Source: Pseudomonadota bacterium (GTDB lineage: Bacteria; Pseudomonadota; Alphaproteobacteria; Rhizobiales; Rhizobiaceae). From it: a stretch of 64,000 bases of DNA. The DNA is taken from the NCBI GenBank assembly GCA_020161665.1, contig JAIUPA010000006.1:129583-193582 (forward strand), written 5' to 3'. Position numbers and translations under genes: made by a program. Of this stretch, positions 29,600-39,663 are shown piece after piece. The notes beneath the pieces were generated by a model that was not told where the DNA came from, did not search any database, and saw nothing but the letters and a program-made list of their open reading frames with translations. Numbering within the stretch: the first letter of the stretch is position 1; each line of letters opens with the position of its first letter.

Positions 29600-31120
29600 T
29601 TATTCGCTCCACTCGACTTCGTTCAGCACGTTGGAGGGGATCGGCTCGTTCTCCCAGAGACCCTTCACCTTGGCGTTCCACACACCCAGCTTCGGCATGA
29701 CGAAGAGGTAGAGCGCCGGAACGTCGTTGGCGAGAATCGTCTGCGCCTCGCCGTAAAGCTTGACCTGCTCGCTGGCGTCAGACGTTGCCTCCACCTTCTT
29801 CAGAACATCGTTGAAGGCCGGGTTCTTGTAATGGAAGTAATAGGGGTCGCGCGCATAGATATCGATGTCCATCGGCTCGGCATGGGCCACGATGGTCATG
29901 TCATAGTCGCCGCCCTTGAACACATCCGCCACCCACTTGGCCGGGAACTCGGTCGTCTCGATGGTCATCTTGACGCCGATTTCGGCAAACATGGCCTGCA
30001 GCATCTGCGAGGTGCGCTGCGCATAGGCCATCTGCGGTGCCTTGATGGTGAAGGCGAAGCCATCCGGATAACCGGCCTCGGCCAGAAGCGCCTTGGCCTT
30101 GGCCACGTCATAGGCGTGAACGCCGGTCAGATCGAGATAACCACGGTCATTCGGCGTGTAATGGCTGCCAATCGGCGTGCCGAAGCCCGACCACGCACCC
30201 TCCACGACCGAGGCGCGGTCAACCGCCATCATCAGGGCCTGACGAACGCGCTTGTCATCGAAAGGCTTGCGGGTGTTGTTCATGCCCGCCACGACCTTCA
30301 ACTCGGTGTTTCCGATCACGACCGAAAGCTTTTCGTCCTTCTTGAGGTCACCGATCAGTTCCGGCGCTGCAAATTCCGGGAACGCATCCACATCGCCCGC
30401 CTTGAGCGCTGCGGCCTGTGCCTGCGCATCGGCGATGAAGCGGAAGGTAGCGGCCTCAAGCTTGGCCGCCTTGTCCTTGTTCCAGTAGTCGGCGTTGCGC
30501 ACAAGCTCCACCTTGTCACCCTTGGCCCAGGCCTTGAACTTGAACGGACCCGTGCCGACCGGCGTCGTCTTGTTGTCGGCGGCAGACTTCGTGCCAACGA
30601 TGGAGGACGACGGCCAGCCCAGCCAGTAAAGCAGGCTGCCCGCCGGCTGCTTCAGCTTCAGCACCAGCGTTTCGGCGTCGGGCGTTTCAATCGTATCGAT
30701 GGAAGCGAAATAGCGCTTCTGCGGGTTGACGGAATCCGCACCGCGCGCCCGTTCGATGGAAGCCTTGGCGACGGCGGAATCAAACGCCTCGCCATCGTGG
30801 AATGTCACGCCCGACTGAAGCTTGAACGTGTAGGTCAGGCCATCCGGCGAAATCGTCCAGCTCTTGGCAAGCTGCGGCTGAATCTTGCCATCACGATCAA
30901 TCGTCACCAGACCTTCGAAAATGTTCTGCCACGTCACCTGACCGATGGCGACCGGGGCGGCAATGGTCGGATCAAGACCGGCGGGCTCAATGGCCATGCC
31001 GAGAACCAGATTGGTCTTCGCAGCCTCCGCCTGACCGGCGAAGGAAAACGCCAGACCAAGCCCGAAAACAGCGCCTGCCAGCACCTTCAAAGACGTTTGG
31101 GTAATCGAGATAACAGCCAT
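29600..31120 (-). CDS. ABC transporter substrate-binding protein, family 5 (peptide/nickel/opine class)
   Basis: ORF 29600..31120. It has a signal peptide (...FAGQAEA-AK) and the SBP_bac_5 hallmark TGPFKFKAWAKGDKVELVRNADYW. Confidence 0.88.
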   Translation of the reverse strand: MAVISITQTSLKVLAGAVFGLGLAFSFAGQAEAAKTNLVLGMAIEPAGLDPTIAAPVAIGQVTWQNIFEGLVTIDRDGKIQPQLAKSWTISPDGLTYTFKLQSGVTFHDGEAFDSAVAKASIERARGADSVNPQKRYFASIDTIETPDAETLVLKLKQPAGSLLYWLGWPSSSIVGTKSAADNKTTPVGTGPFKFKAWAKGDKVELVRNADYWNKDKAAKLEAATFRFIADAQAQAAALKAGDVDAFPEFAAPELIGDLKKDEKLSVVIGNTELKVVAGMNNTRKPFDDKRVRQALMMAVDRASVVEGAWSGFGTPIGSHYTPNDRGYLDLTGVHAYDVAKAKALLAEAGYPDGFAFTIKAPQMAYAQRTSQMLQAMFAEIGVKMTIETTEFPAKWVADVFKGGDYDMTIVAHAEPMDIDIYARDPYYFHYKNPAFNDVLKKVEATSDASEQVKLYGEAQTILANDVPALYLFVMPKLGVWNAKVKGLWENEPIPSNVLNEVEWSE

Positions 31121-31302
31121 TCCTGCCCTGCCCTTTTCTCTGCCGTGAGCGGGCGTTCCTCACCCGTCACGGACCACAACCAACCATGCTGCATGTTGCA
31201 AAAAGACTAAGTCATTTTTGTGTGCGCAGCGTTGCGGAAATCGCAACACCAAAAACAGAGGCTTTGACAGAGGCCAAAAGTCGAATCTGCGTGATCGATG
31301 AT

Positions 31303-32202
31303 TTACGTGGTTTCGCTGTGCATGAAGCGCTCGATGAAATCCACGAGCTTGCCCGCCGCAAAGGAAAGGGGTCGGTCAGGCGCCGTGCACAGCTCCATGG
31401 GGGTTCGCACCGCCTCTTTCTCGATCAAGGGCACCGCCACCATGGCACCGCTATCCAGTTCGCGCTTCACCGAAAGGGCAGGCAAAAGCGTCACCGCCGC
31501 ATCACGCAACACCAGTTCCTTCAAAAGTTCCAGCGCACCCGTCACGAACACCGGATCAAGCGGAAGCTTCGCCGCGGCAAACAACTGGTCAAACGCCTGA
31601 CGCACGGCGAAACTCTTGTCCGGCAGCGCCAGCGGAAAGGCAGCAAGCTCCTTGAGCGTCAAGCTCTTGGCAGACGCCGCCGGATGGCGCGCCGACAGGA
31701 TCACATCATAGACGATTTCCCGGCGCATCCGCACGTTGACGCCCGCAAATTCCGGCGCAAACAGCGTCACCGCAATATCGGCTTCCGCACTGAAAAGCGC
31801 CTCAATCGCCCCGCGCGCGGTGGTAATCACCACCGAAAACCGCAACATCGGATATTGCAGGCTGAATTCCGCCAGCACGGGCGCAATCAGAGTCGCCACC
31901 GCCGCGCCATTGGCATAGATCGTCACCTGCCCACGCTGCAGGCCTTTCAGATCATCGACAAGCTGCTGCACATGCTCCAGTTCACGCAGCGTCCGCCCGG
32001 CCCGCGCCGCCACAAGTTCGCCCGCCGCCGTCAGCTTCACACCCCGGTTGGATCGCTCCACCAGTTGCGCGCCGAAATGCTCCTCGAGGTTTTCGATCTG
32101 TCGGCTGATGGCCGTGGGGGCCACATTGAGGTTTTCCGCCGCGGCCCGCATCGAGTTGGTGCGAACCAGTTCATCGAAATAGATCAGCGCCTTAAGCTGC
32201 AT
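31303..32202 (-). CDS. LysR family transcriptional regulator
   Basis: ORF 31303..32358 trimmed to ATG 32202 (GGAGGG SD). The HTH reads MQLKALIYFDELVRTNSMRAAAENLNVAPTAISRQIENLEEHFG. It lies 20 nt downstream of, and co-oriented with, the Dpp-like operon. Confidence 0.85.
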   Translation of the reverse strand: MQLKALIYFDELVRTNSMRAAAENLNVAPTAISRQIENLEEHFGAQLVERSNRGVKLTAAGELVAARAGRTLRELEHVQQLVDDLKGLQRGQVTIYANGAAVATLIAPVLAEFSLQYPMLRFSVVITTARGAIEALFSAEADIAVTLFAPEFAGVNVRMRREIVYDVILSARHPAASAKSLTLKELAAFPLALPDKSFAVRQAFDQLFAAAKLPLDPVFVTGALELLKELVLRDAAVTLLPALSVKRELDSGAMVAVPLIEKEAVRTPMELCTAPDRPLSFAAGKLVDFIERFMHSETT

Positions 32203-32222
32203 GCGCCCTCCGCCGGGAACGT

Positions 32223-32975
32223 TCAATCCCGCCTGAAGCCCTCGCTGGCCACAAGCAATTGGCGGGTATAATCGGCTGAAAAGTCGCGCGTCACAAGGCT
32301 GTCGGGCAGAATAGTCTCCACCACCTCGCCGCCGCGCATCACGGCCAGCCGGTCGCACATGTGGCTGACCACGCCCAGATCATGGCTGACCATGAGGAAG
32401 GTCAGGTCGCGGTCGCGGCGGGCCTGTTCCAGAAGGTTGAGAATTTCCGCCTGGATCGAGGCATCGAGCGCCGAGGTCGGCTCGTCGAGCAGCAGGATTT
32501 TCGGCTCGACAATCAAGGCCCGCGCAATCGCGATGCGCTGGCGCTGGCCACCGGAAAGCTGGTGCGAATAACGGAAGCGGAAACCCGTGCCGAGGCCCAC
32601 TTCATCGAGCGCCCTTGCAATACGCGCCTCCGTATTGTCGAAACCATGGATCGCCAGCGGTTCCAGCAACAGCCGGTCCACCGTCTGGCGCGGATGCAGC
32701 GACCCGTAAGGGTCCTGAAACACCATCTGCACCGTGCGGTAAAACGCCTTGTCGCGGCCACGCGCCGGATAGGTCTTGCCGTTGATTTCAAGCGTGCCCG
32801 CCTCAAAAGCGTTCAACCCGGCAATGGCCCGCAGCAGCGTTGACTTGCCCGAGCCGCTTTCGCCGACGATGCCGAAGGACTCCTTCGGTTGCACGGCAAT
32901 GCTGACATCCTTCAGCGCCATATAGTCATCAAAAACCACCCGCATGTCGCGGATGAGGACAGCAGGTTCGCTCAT
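32223..32975 (-). CDS. Dipeptide/oligopeptide ABC transporter ATP-binding protein (DppF-like)
   Basis: ORF 32223..32984 begins at a GTG. The ATG at 32975 makes an ATGA overlap with the upstream gene. It has Walker A GESGSGKST and signature LSGGQRQRI. Confidence 0.88.
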   Translation of the reverse strand: MSEPAVLIRDMRVVFDDYMALKDVSIAVQPKESFGIVGESGSGKSTLLRAIAGLNAFEAGTLEINGKTYPARGRDKAFYRTVQMVFQDPYGSLHPRQTVDRLLLEPLAIHGFDNTEARIARALDEVGLGTGFRFRYSHQLSGGQRQRIAIARALIVEPKILLLDEPTSALDASIQAEILNLLEQARRDRDLTFLMVSHDLGVVSHMCDRLAVMRGGEVVETILPDSLVTRDFSADYTRQLLVASEGFRRD

Positions 32976-33802
32976 AGACGCCACGCCTCCTGACGCTCAA
33001 GGGTCGGCAGCGGGTGCCGGTCGGAACCCACCGTCGGCAAACAGTTCAACAGCCCCTGCGTGTAGGGATGCTTGGCACTTTTGAGATCGGCAGAGGGCAG
33101 TTCCTCGACGATCCGGCCCGCATACATGACAATCACACGGTCGCAGAAGGACGAGACGAGGCGCAGATCGTGCGAAATGAAGATCAACCCCATGCCGCGG
33201 TCCGCCACCAGCTTGTCAAGAATGTTCAACACATCAAGCTGCACCGTCACATCGAGCGCTGAGGTCGGCTCGTCGGCAATCAAAAGCTCCGGCCCGCAGA
33301 CCAGCATCATGGCGATCATGGCGCGCTGCCCCATACCGCCAGAAACTTCGTGCGGATAAAGATCGAACACGCGGCCCGGATCGCGGATTTGCACCGCCTC
33401 CAGCATCACAAGCGCCCGTTCGCGCGCCTCTCTGTTGGAAATCCTCTCATGCGTCTGAAGCGTCTCGATGATCTGCCGCCCGATGGTCATCACCGGGTTC
33501 AGCGAATATTTCGGGTCCTGCAGGATCATGCCGACGCGACGCCCGCGCAGTGCCCGGCGTTCCTTGTCGCTCGCCTTCAACAGGTCGATGCCGGAAAATT
33601 CCAGCCGGTCGGCGGAAATCTCGGCCTGCTTCGGCGTCAGGCCCATGATCGCGCGCCCGGTCTGCGACTTGCCGGAGCCGCTTTCGCCCACGATACCCAG
33701 CCGCTCCTTGCCGAGCGTGAAGGAAACGCCGCGAACGGCCTCCACCCGGCCCGTTCGGGTCGGGAAGGTGACGCGCAGATTGTCAACGGAAAGCAAAGTC
33801 AT
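32972..33802 (-). CDS. Dipeptide/oligopeptide ABC transporter ATP-binding protein (DppD-like)
   Basis: ORF 32972..33802. It has Walker A GESGSGKSQ and signature VSGGMGQRA. Confidence 0.88.
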   Translation of the reverse strand: MTLLSVDNLRVTFPTRTGRVEAVRGVSFTLGKERLGIVGESGSGKSQTGRAIMGLTPKQAEISADRLEFSGIDLLKASDKERRALRGRRVGMILQDPKYSLNPVMTIGRQIIETLQTHERISNREARERALVMLEAVQIRDPGRVFDLYPHEVSGGMGQRAMIAMMLVCGPELLIADEPTSALDVTVQLDVLNILDKLVADRGMGLIFISHDLRLVSSFCDRVIVMYAGRIVEELPSADLKSAKHPYTQGLLNCLPTVGSDRHPLPTLERQEAWRL

Positions 33803-34728
33803 TGCCCTGCCTCCTTCGGGTCCAGCGCATCACGCAGACCATCGCCCAGAAGATTGAACCCCAGGCTGACGATCAGAATGGCAAAGCCCGGCATGCCTGC
33901 CACCCACCATTGGTCGAGGATGAAGCGGCGGCCAGAGGCAATCATCGCGCCCCATTCCGGCAGCGGCGGCTGCGCCCCGAGGCCCAGGAAGCCAAGCCCT
34001 GCCGCTGTCAGGATAATGCCCGCCATATCAAGTGTCACACGCACGATCAGCGACGAGGTGCACAGCGGCATGACATGGACAAGCACGATGCGAAAAGGCG
34101 ACGCCCCCATGAGCTTCACCGCATGGATGAAGTCGGAGTTACGAAACGTCATCGTTTCGGCGCGGGCAATACGCGCATAGGGCGGCCAGGATGTGACGGC
34201 GATGGCCAAAATGGCATTCTCGATGCCCGGCCCGAGTGCCGCCACCAGCGCCAGCGCCAGAACAAGCTTCGGAAAGGCGAGGAAGATGTCGGTGATGCGC
34301 ATCAAAATGGCATCGACATAGCCGCCCGCATAACCGGCCACCGTGCCGACGATCAGGCCAATCGGCGCTGCAATGACGGCCACAAGGCCGATCACCATCA
34401 GCGTCAGCCGTGAACCGTGAATGAGGCGCGAGAGAATATCGCGACCCTGATCATCCGTGCCGAGCAGATAGCCCGCCGTTCCCGGCGGCAGGAGGCGCGC
34501 ATTGCGCAAATCACCCTGCACCGGGTTATGCGGTGCCAGCTGATCGGCAAAAATAGCAACGAAAATCAGCCCCAGAATAATCATCAGGCCAAGCAGTGCC
34601 AGCTTGTTATCGGAAAAGCGCTGCCAGATGATGTAGGCGCGGCCAAGCCGGGCCTGACGGCGCGAGGCCGGCCGGTCCGACAAAAGCCACTGGCGCAGCG
34701 TTTCCTGGTTATGTGTCGTGTCGCTCAT
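33799..34728 (-). CDS. Dipeptide/oligopeptide ABC transporter permease (DppC-like)
   Basis: ORF 33799..34884 trimmed to ATG 34728 (MSDTTHNQETLRQW...), which makes an ATGA overlap with the upstream permease gene. Confidence 0.85.
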   Translation of the reverse strand: MSDTTHNQETLRQWLLSDRPASRRQARLGRAYIIWQRFSDNKLALLGLMIILGLIFVAIFADQLAPHNPVQGDLRNARLLPPGTAGYLLGTDDQGRDILSRLIHGSRLTLMVIGLVAVIAAPIGLIVGTVAGYAGGYVDAILMRITDIFLAFPKLVLALALVAALGPGIENAILAIAVTSWPPYARIARAETMTFRNSDFIHAVKLMGASPFRIVLVHVMPLCTSSLIVRVTLDMAGIILTAAGLGFLGLGAQPPLPEWGAMIASGRRFILDQWWVAGMPGFAILIVSLGFNLLGDGLRDALDPKEAGQ

Positions 34729-35792
34729 CGGCTGCGTGTCCTTGGATCGAGCAGTCGGTATAAAACGTCGGAGAAGATGTTGATGCTGATAAACACGGCA
34801 CCGATGACGATGGTGCCGCCAAGAACCGCATTCATGTCCGCGTTCTGCAACGAATTGGTGATGTAAAGCCCAAGCCCCGGCCACGAGAAGATGGATTCGG
34901 TCAATACCGACCCTTCGAGAAGCCCCGCATAGGACAGCGCGATCACGGTGATCAACGGCACGGCAGCGTTGCGCAGCGCATGGAACCAGATGATGCGCGT
35001 TTCAGACAGCCCCTTGGCGCGCGCCGCAACCACATATTCCTGCGACAATTCATTGAGCATGAAAGAGCGCGTCATGCGGCTGATATAGGCGAGCGAGAAA
35101 TAGCCAAGCAGCGAGGCGGGTAGAATGATGTGGCGGAACAGATCCCACAGCACATCCCATTGCCGCTGCCAGATCGCATCGACGATGTAAAATCCCGTAA
35201 CGGGTGTGAAGGTAAATTCAAAAACGAGGTCCATGCGGCCCGGAAACGCCACCCAGCCAAGCTTGGCGTAGAACAGAAGAAGCGCCAGAAGCCCCAGCCA
35301 GAAAATCGGCACGGAATAGCCGATGAGGCCGATCAGGCGCACGATCTGGTCAATGAGAGAGCCGCGCTTGACCGCCGCCAGCACTCCAAGCGGTACGCCG
35401 AAAATAGCACCGATGATTGTACCAATCGTCGCCAGTTCCATCGTCGCCGGGAAGACACGCTTGATGTCTTCCATGACCGGATTGGTGGTCAGAACCGAAG
35501 TGCCGAACTCGCCGGAAAGCGCCTGACGGACATAGATGAAAAACTGCTGCCAGAGCGGCAGGTTAAGCCCAAGCTCCTCGCGCACACGCTCCACCACATG
35601 GGCAGGCGCGCGGTCGCCGACAATCGCCAGCGCCGGATCGATGGGCACCACGCGACCGATAAAGAAGGTCACGGCCAGAAGGCCGAGAAACGTAGTCAGA
35701 ACCGTCGCCAGAAATCCGGCGACAGCAAGCGTTCGCTGTGAAGCGCGGCTTTTGCCGCGCTTCACCTGTTGGGTTGGGATCGACGCGTTCAC
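34725..35792 (-). CDS. Dipeptide/oligopeptide ABC transporter permease (DppB-like)
   Basis: ORF 34725..35792. It is a polytopic permease with the EAA loop QEYVVAARAKGL. Confidence 0.85.
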   Translation of the reverse strand: MNASIPTQQVKRGKSRASQRTLAVAGFLATVLTTFLGLLAVTFFIGRVVPIDPALAIVGDRAPAHVVERVREELGLNLPLWQQFFIYVRQALSGEFGTSVLTTNPVMEDIKRVFPATMELATIGTIIGAIFGVPLGVLAAVKRGSLIDQIVRLIGLIGYSVPIFWLGLLALLLFYAKLGWVAFPGRMDLVFEFTFTPVTGFYIVDAIWQRQWDVLWDLFRHIILPASLLGYFSLAYISRMTRSFMLNELSQEYVVAARAKGLSETRIIWFHALRNAAVPLITVIALSYAGLLEGSVLTESIFSWPGLGLYITNSLQNADMNAVLGGTIVIGAVFISINIFSDVLYRLLDPRTRSR

Positions 35793-35808
35793 GCGCGTTT
35801 CTTTCCCG

Positions 35809-37449
35809 TTAGTCCTTGGAGACCGGCGCCACGAAGTTGGTGTCGAAGCTCGGGCCGAGCTTGTAGTCCTTCAGCTTCTTCGAGTAACCAGCCACTTCCA
35901 CCTGCTGGAAGATGATGATGAACGGACCCTCGGCCAGAACCTTGCGCTGGATGTCTTCATAGATCTTGGCGCGCTTGGCGGCGTCGGTCTCAAGAAGGGC
36001 ATCCGCCGTTTCCTTGGAAAGTTCCGGCACATCCCAGGCATTGCGCCAGGCAAGCGTCTTCACCTTGCCGTCATCGGCATTGTTCGGGTTGGCGGAGAAG
36101 GTTTCAGCATTGGAATTCGGGTCGAAATAGTCCGAACCCCACTGGCCGATGTAGAGATCGTGCTGGCGGGCGCGGTACTTGGTCAGGGTCTGCTTGCCGT
36201 CACCCGGAATGATTTCCACCTTGACGCCAGCCTGCGCCGCCGTCTGCTGGAAGCTTTCGGCAATGCCCGTCACCGGCTGCGTGTTGCGCACGTCGAAGGT
36301 CACGGTCAGGCCATCCTTGAGGCCTGCCTTTTCAAGCAGTTCCTTGGCCTTGGCCACGTCCAGCTTGTAGGGCTTGTCGTCGATGGCACCCAGCTGGCCC
36401 TTCGGCAGGAAGGTCTGGTGGATTTCGCCGATGCCCTTGATCAGCGTTGCGCCGATGGCATCGTAATCCACGAGATACTTCAGTGCTTCGCGCACTTCCG
36501 GCTTGGCCAGGTTGGCGTTCTTCTGGTTGAGGCTGATGTAATAGACCGTGCCCTTCGGCGCGGAAACTGTTGCAAGACCGTCCTTCTTGGCAATGGCGTC
36601 GAGGTCGCCCGGCTCAAGGTTACGGGCAACGTCGATGTCGCCAGCCTCAAGGGCCAGACGCTGACCGGCGCTTTCCTTCATGTGGCGATAGATCACGCGC
36701 TTCAGCTTCGGCTTTTCGCCGAAATAGTTCGGGTTGGCTTCCATGATGACGGCTTCGTTGGCCTTCCAGGCCAGAACCTTGTAGGCGCCGGAACCGGCAT
36801 AGCCCGTCTTCAGGAACTCGTTGCCGAAGTCCGTGTCATACTTGTATTCGGCCGTCGGCGTCACCGGCTTGGCCTTTTCCATGACCAGCTTCTTGTCCAC
36901 GACAGAAGCCACCGTCGAGGTCAAAACGTTGAGCACGAAGCTCGGCGCATAGGGCTTGTCGACGGTCAGCGTAAACGTCAGGTCGTCGGTGGCCTTCGCC
37001 TTTTCTGCCACGTTGTCGCCGGTCAGGCCGAACTGCGTCAGCAGGAAGGCGGGCGACTTGTCGAGCTTGACGGCACGTTCGAAGGAATAGGCCACATCAG
37101 CCGCCGTCAGGGGATTGCCCGAAGCAAACTTCACGCCCGGCTTGAGCTTGAACGTGTAGGTCAGCTTGTCATCGGAAACGGTCCAGCTTTCGGCCAGCTC
37201 CGGCTGGACTTCCGAAGTCTTGGCCGGGTCAAGGCGCACGAGAAGGCTGTAGGCATTGGCCGTGACTTCAGCGGTCGAAAGCTCGAAGGCTTCGGCCGGG
37301 TCAACGGAGATGATGTCGTCAATGGCAAAGCCCTCGACCAGCGTATCAGCAGGCGAAGCCGCGAACGCCTGCGGTGCCATTGCCGTCACCATGGTTACGG
37401 CAGCACCGGCCATCAGCATGCGCATCATATTTCCGGAAAGCATCTGCAT
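35809..37449 (-). CDS. ABC transporter substrate-binding protein, family 5 (dipeptide-binding DppA-like)
   Basis: ORF 35809..37554 trimmed to ATG 37449 (AAGGGGA SD). The signal peptide reads MQMLSGNMMRMLMAGAAVTMVTAMAPQAFA. SBP_bac_5 motif: SGAYKVLAWKANEAVIMEANPNYF. Confidence 0.88.
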   Translation of the reverse strand: MQMLSGNMMRMLMAGAAVTMVTAMAPQAFAASPADTLVEGFAIDDIISVDPAEAFELSTAEVTANAYSLLVRLDPAKTSEVQPELAESWTVSDDKLTYTFKLKPGVKFASGNPLTAADVAYSFERAVKLDKSPAFLLTQFGLTGDNVAEKAKATDDLTFTLTVDKPYAPSFVLNVLTSTVASVVDKKLVMEKAKPVTPTAEYKYDTDFGNEFLKTGYAGSGAYKVLAWKANEAVIMEANPNYFGEKPKLKRVIYRHMKESAGQRLALEAGDIDVARNLEPGDLDAIAKKDGLATVSAPKGTVYYISLNQKNANLAKPEVREALKYLVDYDAIGATLIKGIGEIHQTFLPKGQLGAIDDKPYKLDVAKAKELLEKAGLKDGLTVTFDVRNTQPVTGIAESFQQTAAQAGVKVEIIPGDGKQTLTKYRARQHDLYIGQWGSDYFDPNSNAETFSANPNNADDGKVKTLAWRNAWDVPELSKETADALLETDAAKRAKIYEDIQRKVLAEGPFIIIFQQVEVAGYSKKLKDYKLGPSFDTNFVAPVSKD

Positions 37450-37495
37450 ATCAGTTCCCCTTGTCTTTTGAGTGGTTTTAAAAGGTGGATTCTTG

Positions 37496-38545
37496 TTATT
37501 CGTGCCACGCCTGGCCCAACACACGGAGCCAGTTTTCGCGGCAGATTTTGGCAAGCTCGTCAGCAGCGTATCCCGCCTCCTTCAGAGCTTCAACAAGCTT
37601 CTGGTTGCCCGCCGCATCGGCAATGTCAGCGGGGATGGTCGCACCGTCGAAATCCGAGCCAAGCGCCACGCAATCAATGCCGGCACGTTCCACCAGATAG
37701 TCGATATGCCGCACCATATCGGACAGCGGCGTGGCGGCATTTTCCTGCCCGTCGGGCCGCAGCATAGTGGTTGCATAGTTGAGGCCGATGATGCCGTTGC
37801 TTTCCTTGACCGCATCGATCTGCTTGTCGGTCAGGTTACGGGCAACCGTCGTCAGCGCATGTGCATTGGAATGGCTGGCAATCAAGGGCTGGTCGGTGGT
37901 CTTGGCCACATCCCAGAAGCCCTGCTCGGTGATATGCGCAAGGTCGATGGCAATGCCCAGACGGTTGCAGGCCTTGACCAGCTCAAACCCGGCGGGCGTC
38001 AACCCCGGCCCCGTATCGGGCGACTTCGGAAAGGCAAACGGCACACCATGGCCGAAAATATTGTGGCGGCTCCACACCGGCCCGAGCGAGCGCAAACCGG
38101 CGGCGTAAAACACGTCGAGCGCGGCGAGATCCTCGCCAATCGCCTCACAGCCTTCCATGTGCAGAACCGAAGCGAAAACGCCATCGGCAAAGGCCTTGCG
38201 GATGTCCGCGGTCGAGCGGCACAGACGCCATGCCCCGGCGCGTTCCAGCTTCAGCGCGATAGAGGCAAATTCAAGCGCGATATCGAGCGACGGCGCGCGC
38301 TCCAACGGCGCGGTCAGCGGCATTTCATAATGGCCGTTTTCATCCGGGGCCTTGATCTCGAAGTCGCCGGACGGGATGTAGATCGCCGAGATGCCACCGG
38401 CCAGACCGCCCTTTTTCGCACGCGGTCCGTCGATATGGCCAGCGGTCGTGCCGTTGACGAATTCCGCCACCGGATCACCGCCCTTGTGCATCGTGTGCCA
38501 CAAGCGCAGCAAAACATCATTATGACCGTCGAAAACCAGTTCCAT
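37496..38545 (-). CDS. Membrane (renal-type) dipeptidase, peptidase family M19
   Basis: ORF 37496..38563. I prefer the ATG at 38545 (MELVFDGHNDVLLRL, the HxD zinc motif). Further M19 motifs are present: DLAHITEQGFWDV and IASHSNAHAL. It is the first gene of the Dpp-like operon. Confidence 0.85.
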   Translation of the reverse strand: MELVFDGHNDVLLRLWHTMHKGGDPVAEFVNGTTAGHIDGPRAKKGGLAGGISAIYIPSGDFEIKAPDENGHYEMPLTAPLERAPSLDIALEFASIALKLERAGAWRLCRSTADIRKAFADGVFASVLHMEGCEAIGEDLAALDVFYAAGLRSLGPVWSRHNIFGHGVPFAFPKSPDTGPGLTPAGFELVKACNRLGIAIDLAHITEQGFWDVAKTTDQPLIASHSNAHALTTVARNLTDKQIDAVKESNGIIGLNYATTMLRPDGQENAATPLSDMVRHIDYLVERAGIDCVALGSDFDGATIPADIADAAGNQKLVEALKEAGYAADELAKICRENWLRVLGQAWHE

Positions 38546-38639
38546 AGTACGTATTCCCGGCATGAAGGGGCGAAAAATCCATCGTGAAAGTCACGAGAGG
38601 TCCGAACCTTTCACGGCAAGGGCGGCCTTGGCAAGAAAA

Positions 38640-39569
38640 TTATTTCACCGATATATCGCTTTTATTCTCTGCCACGAAGCGCGCCACCTGATCGAGCAAC
38701 CAGTCGCGAAAGCGCAGAACCGGCTCGAAATTGGCCTTCTTCTGCGGCACGGCCAGATAATAGGCGCTGGTGCTTTTGACCGGCAGATCACAGGCCGTCA
38801 CAAGCTGCCCGCTCTTCAATTCGCTGTCGATCAGGAAAAGCGGCATCAACGCCACGCCAAGCCCCGCCATACAGGCCTGCGCCACGTTGGAAAATTGCTC
38901 GAAACGCATACCCTGCGCCGGTGGCGGGGTCAGCCCCGCATGCTCGAACCAGTGCCGCCACGCCCCCGGTCGTGACGCCATGTGAAGGAGCGGTAGACGG
39001 GCCAGATCGCCCGGCGTCGAGATCGGATGCTCGGCCAGAAAGGCCGGGCTTGCCACCGGCGCCACGGTCTCGCCCATGAGATAAATGCACTCGGCCCCCG
39101 GCCAGTCCGGCTGGCCGATATGGATTGCCGCATCAAGCCCTTCGCGGTCGAAATCGAAGACGCCGATACGGGTTGCGAAATTGAAGGTGATCTGCGGATG
39201 CGCCGCCACGAAGCCCGGAACGCGCGGCAAAAGCCAGCGCGTGCCAAACGTCGGCAGGATCGCCAGATTGAGCGTATTGCTATGCATTCCCGTCATGACG
39301 TTGAGGGACGCGGCACGAATTTCGGAAAGCGCGGCGCTGATCGCCCGCTGATAGGTGCCGCCGGCCTGCGTCAAACCCACGCCACGGCTGGTGCGTTCAA
39401 AAAGCCGCACGCCGAGTTGCTGTTCCAATGTCTGGATTTGACGGCTGATCGCCCCTTGGGTCAGCGACAATTCCTCGGCGGCCGCCGAAAAACTGCCAAG
39501 CCGCGCCACGGAATCGAAGGCAGCCAGCGCACTGGTGGAGGGCAATAACTTTCGGCTCAAAATGCTCAT
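38640..39569 (-). CDS. LysR family transcriptional regulator (GcvA/GcdR-like), divergent from gcdH
   Basis: ORF 38640..39569. The HTH reads LPSTSALAAFDSVARLGSFSAAAEELSLTQGAISRQIQTLEQQLG. Confidence 0.85.
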   Translation of the reverse strand: MSILSRKLLPSTSALAAFDSVARLGSFSAAAEELSLTQGAISRQIQTLEQQLGVRLFERTSRGVGLTQAGGTYQRAISAALSEIRAASLNVMTGMHSNTLNLAILPTFGTRWLLPRVPGFVAAHPQITFNFATRIGVFDFDREGLDAAIHIGQPDWPGAECIYLMGETVAPVASPAFLAEHPISTPGDLARLPLLHMASRPGAWRHWFEHAGLTPPPAQGMRFEQFSNVAQACMAGLGVALMPLFLIDSELKSGQLVTACDLPVKSTSAYYLAVPQKKANFEPVLRFRDWLLDQVARFVAENKSDISVK

Positions 39570-39663
39570 GTATTATGAATATATGTAATAGCGGAATGAG
39601 TAAAGATCGCTTGTCGGCGCGCGACCTTTCTCCGATATTCGCCTCAGATTTCAATTCCGGAGG

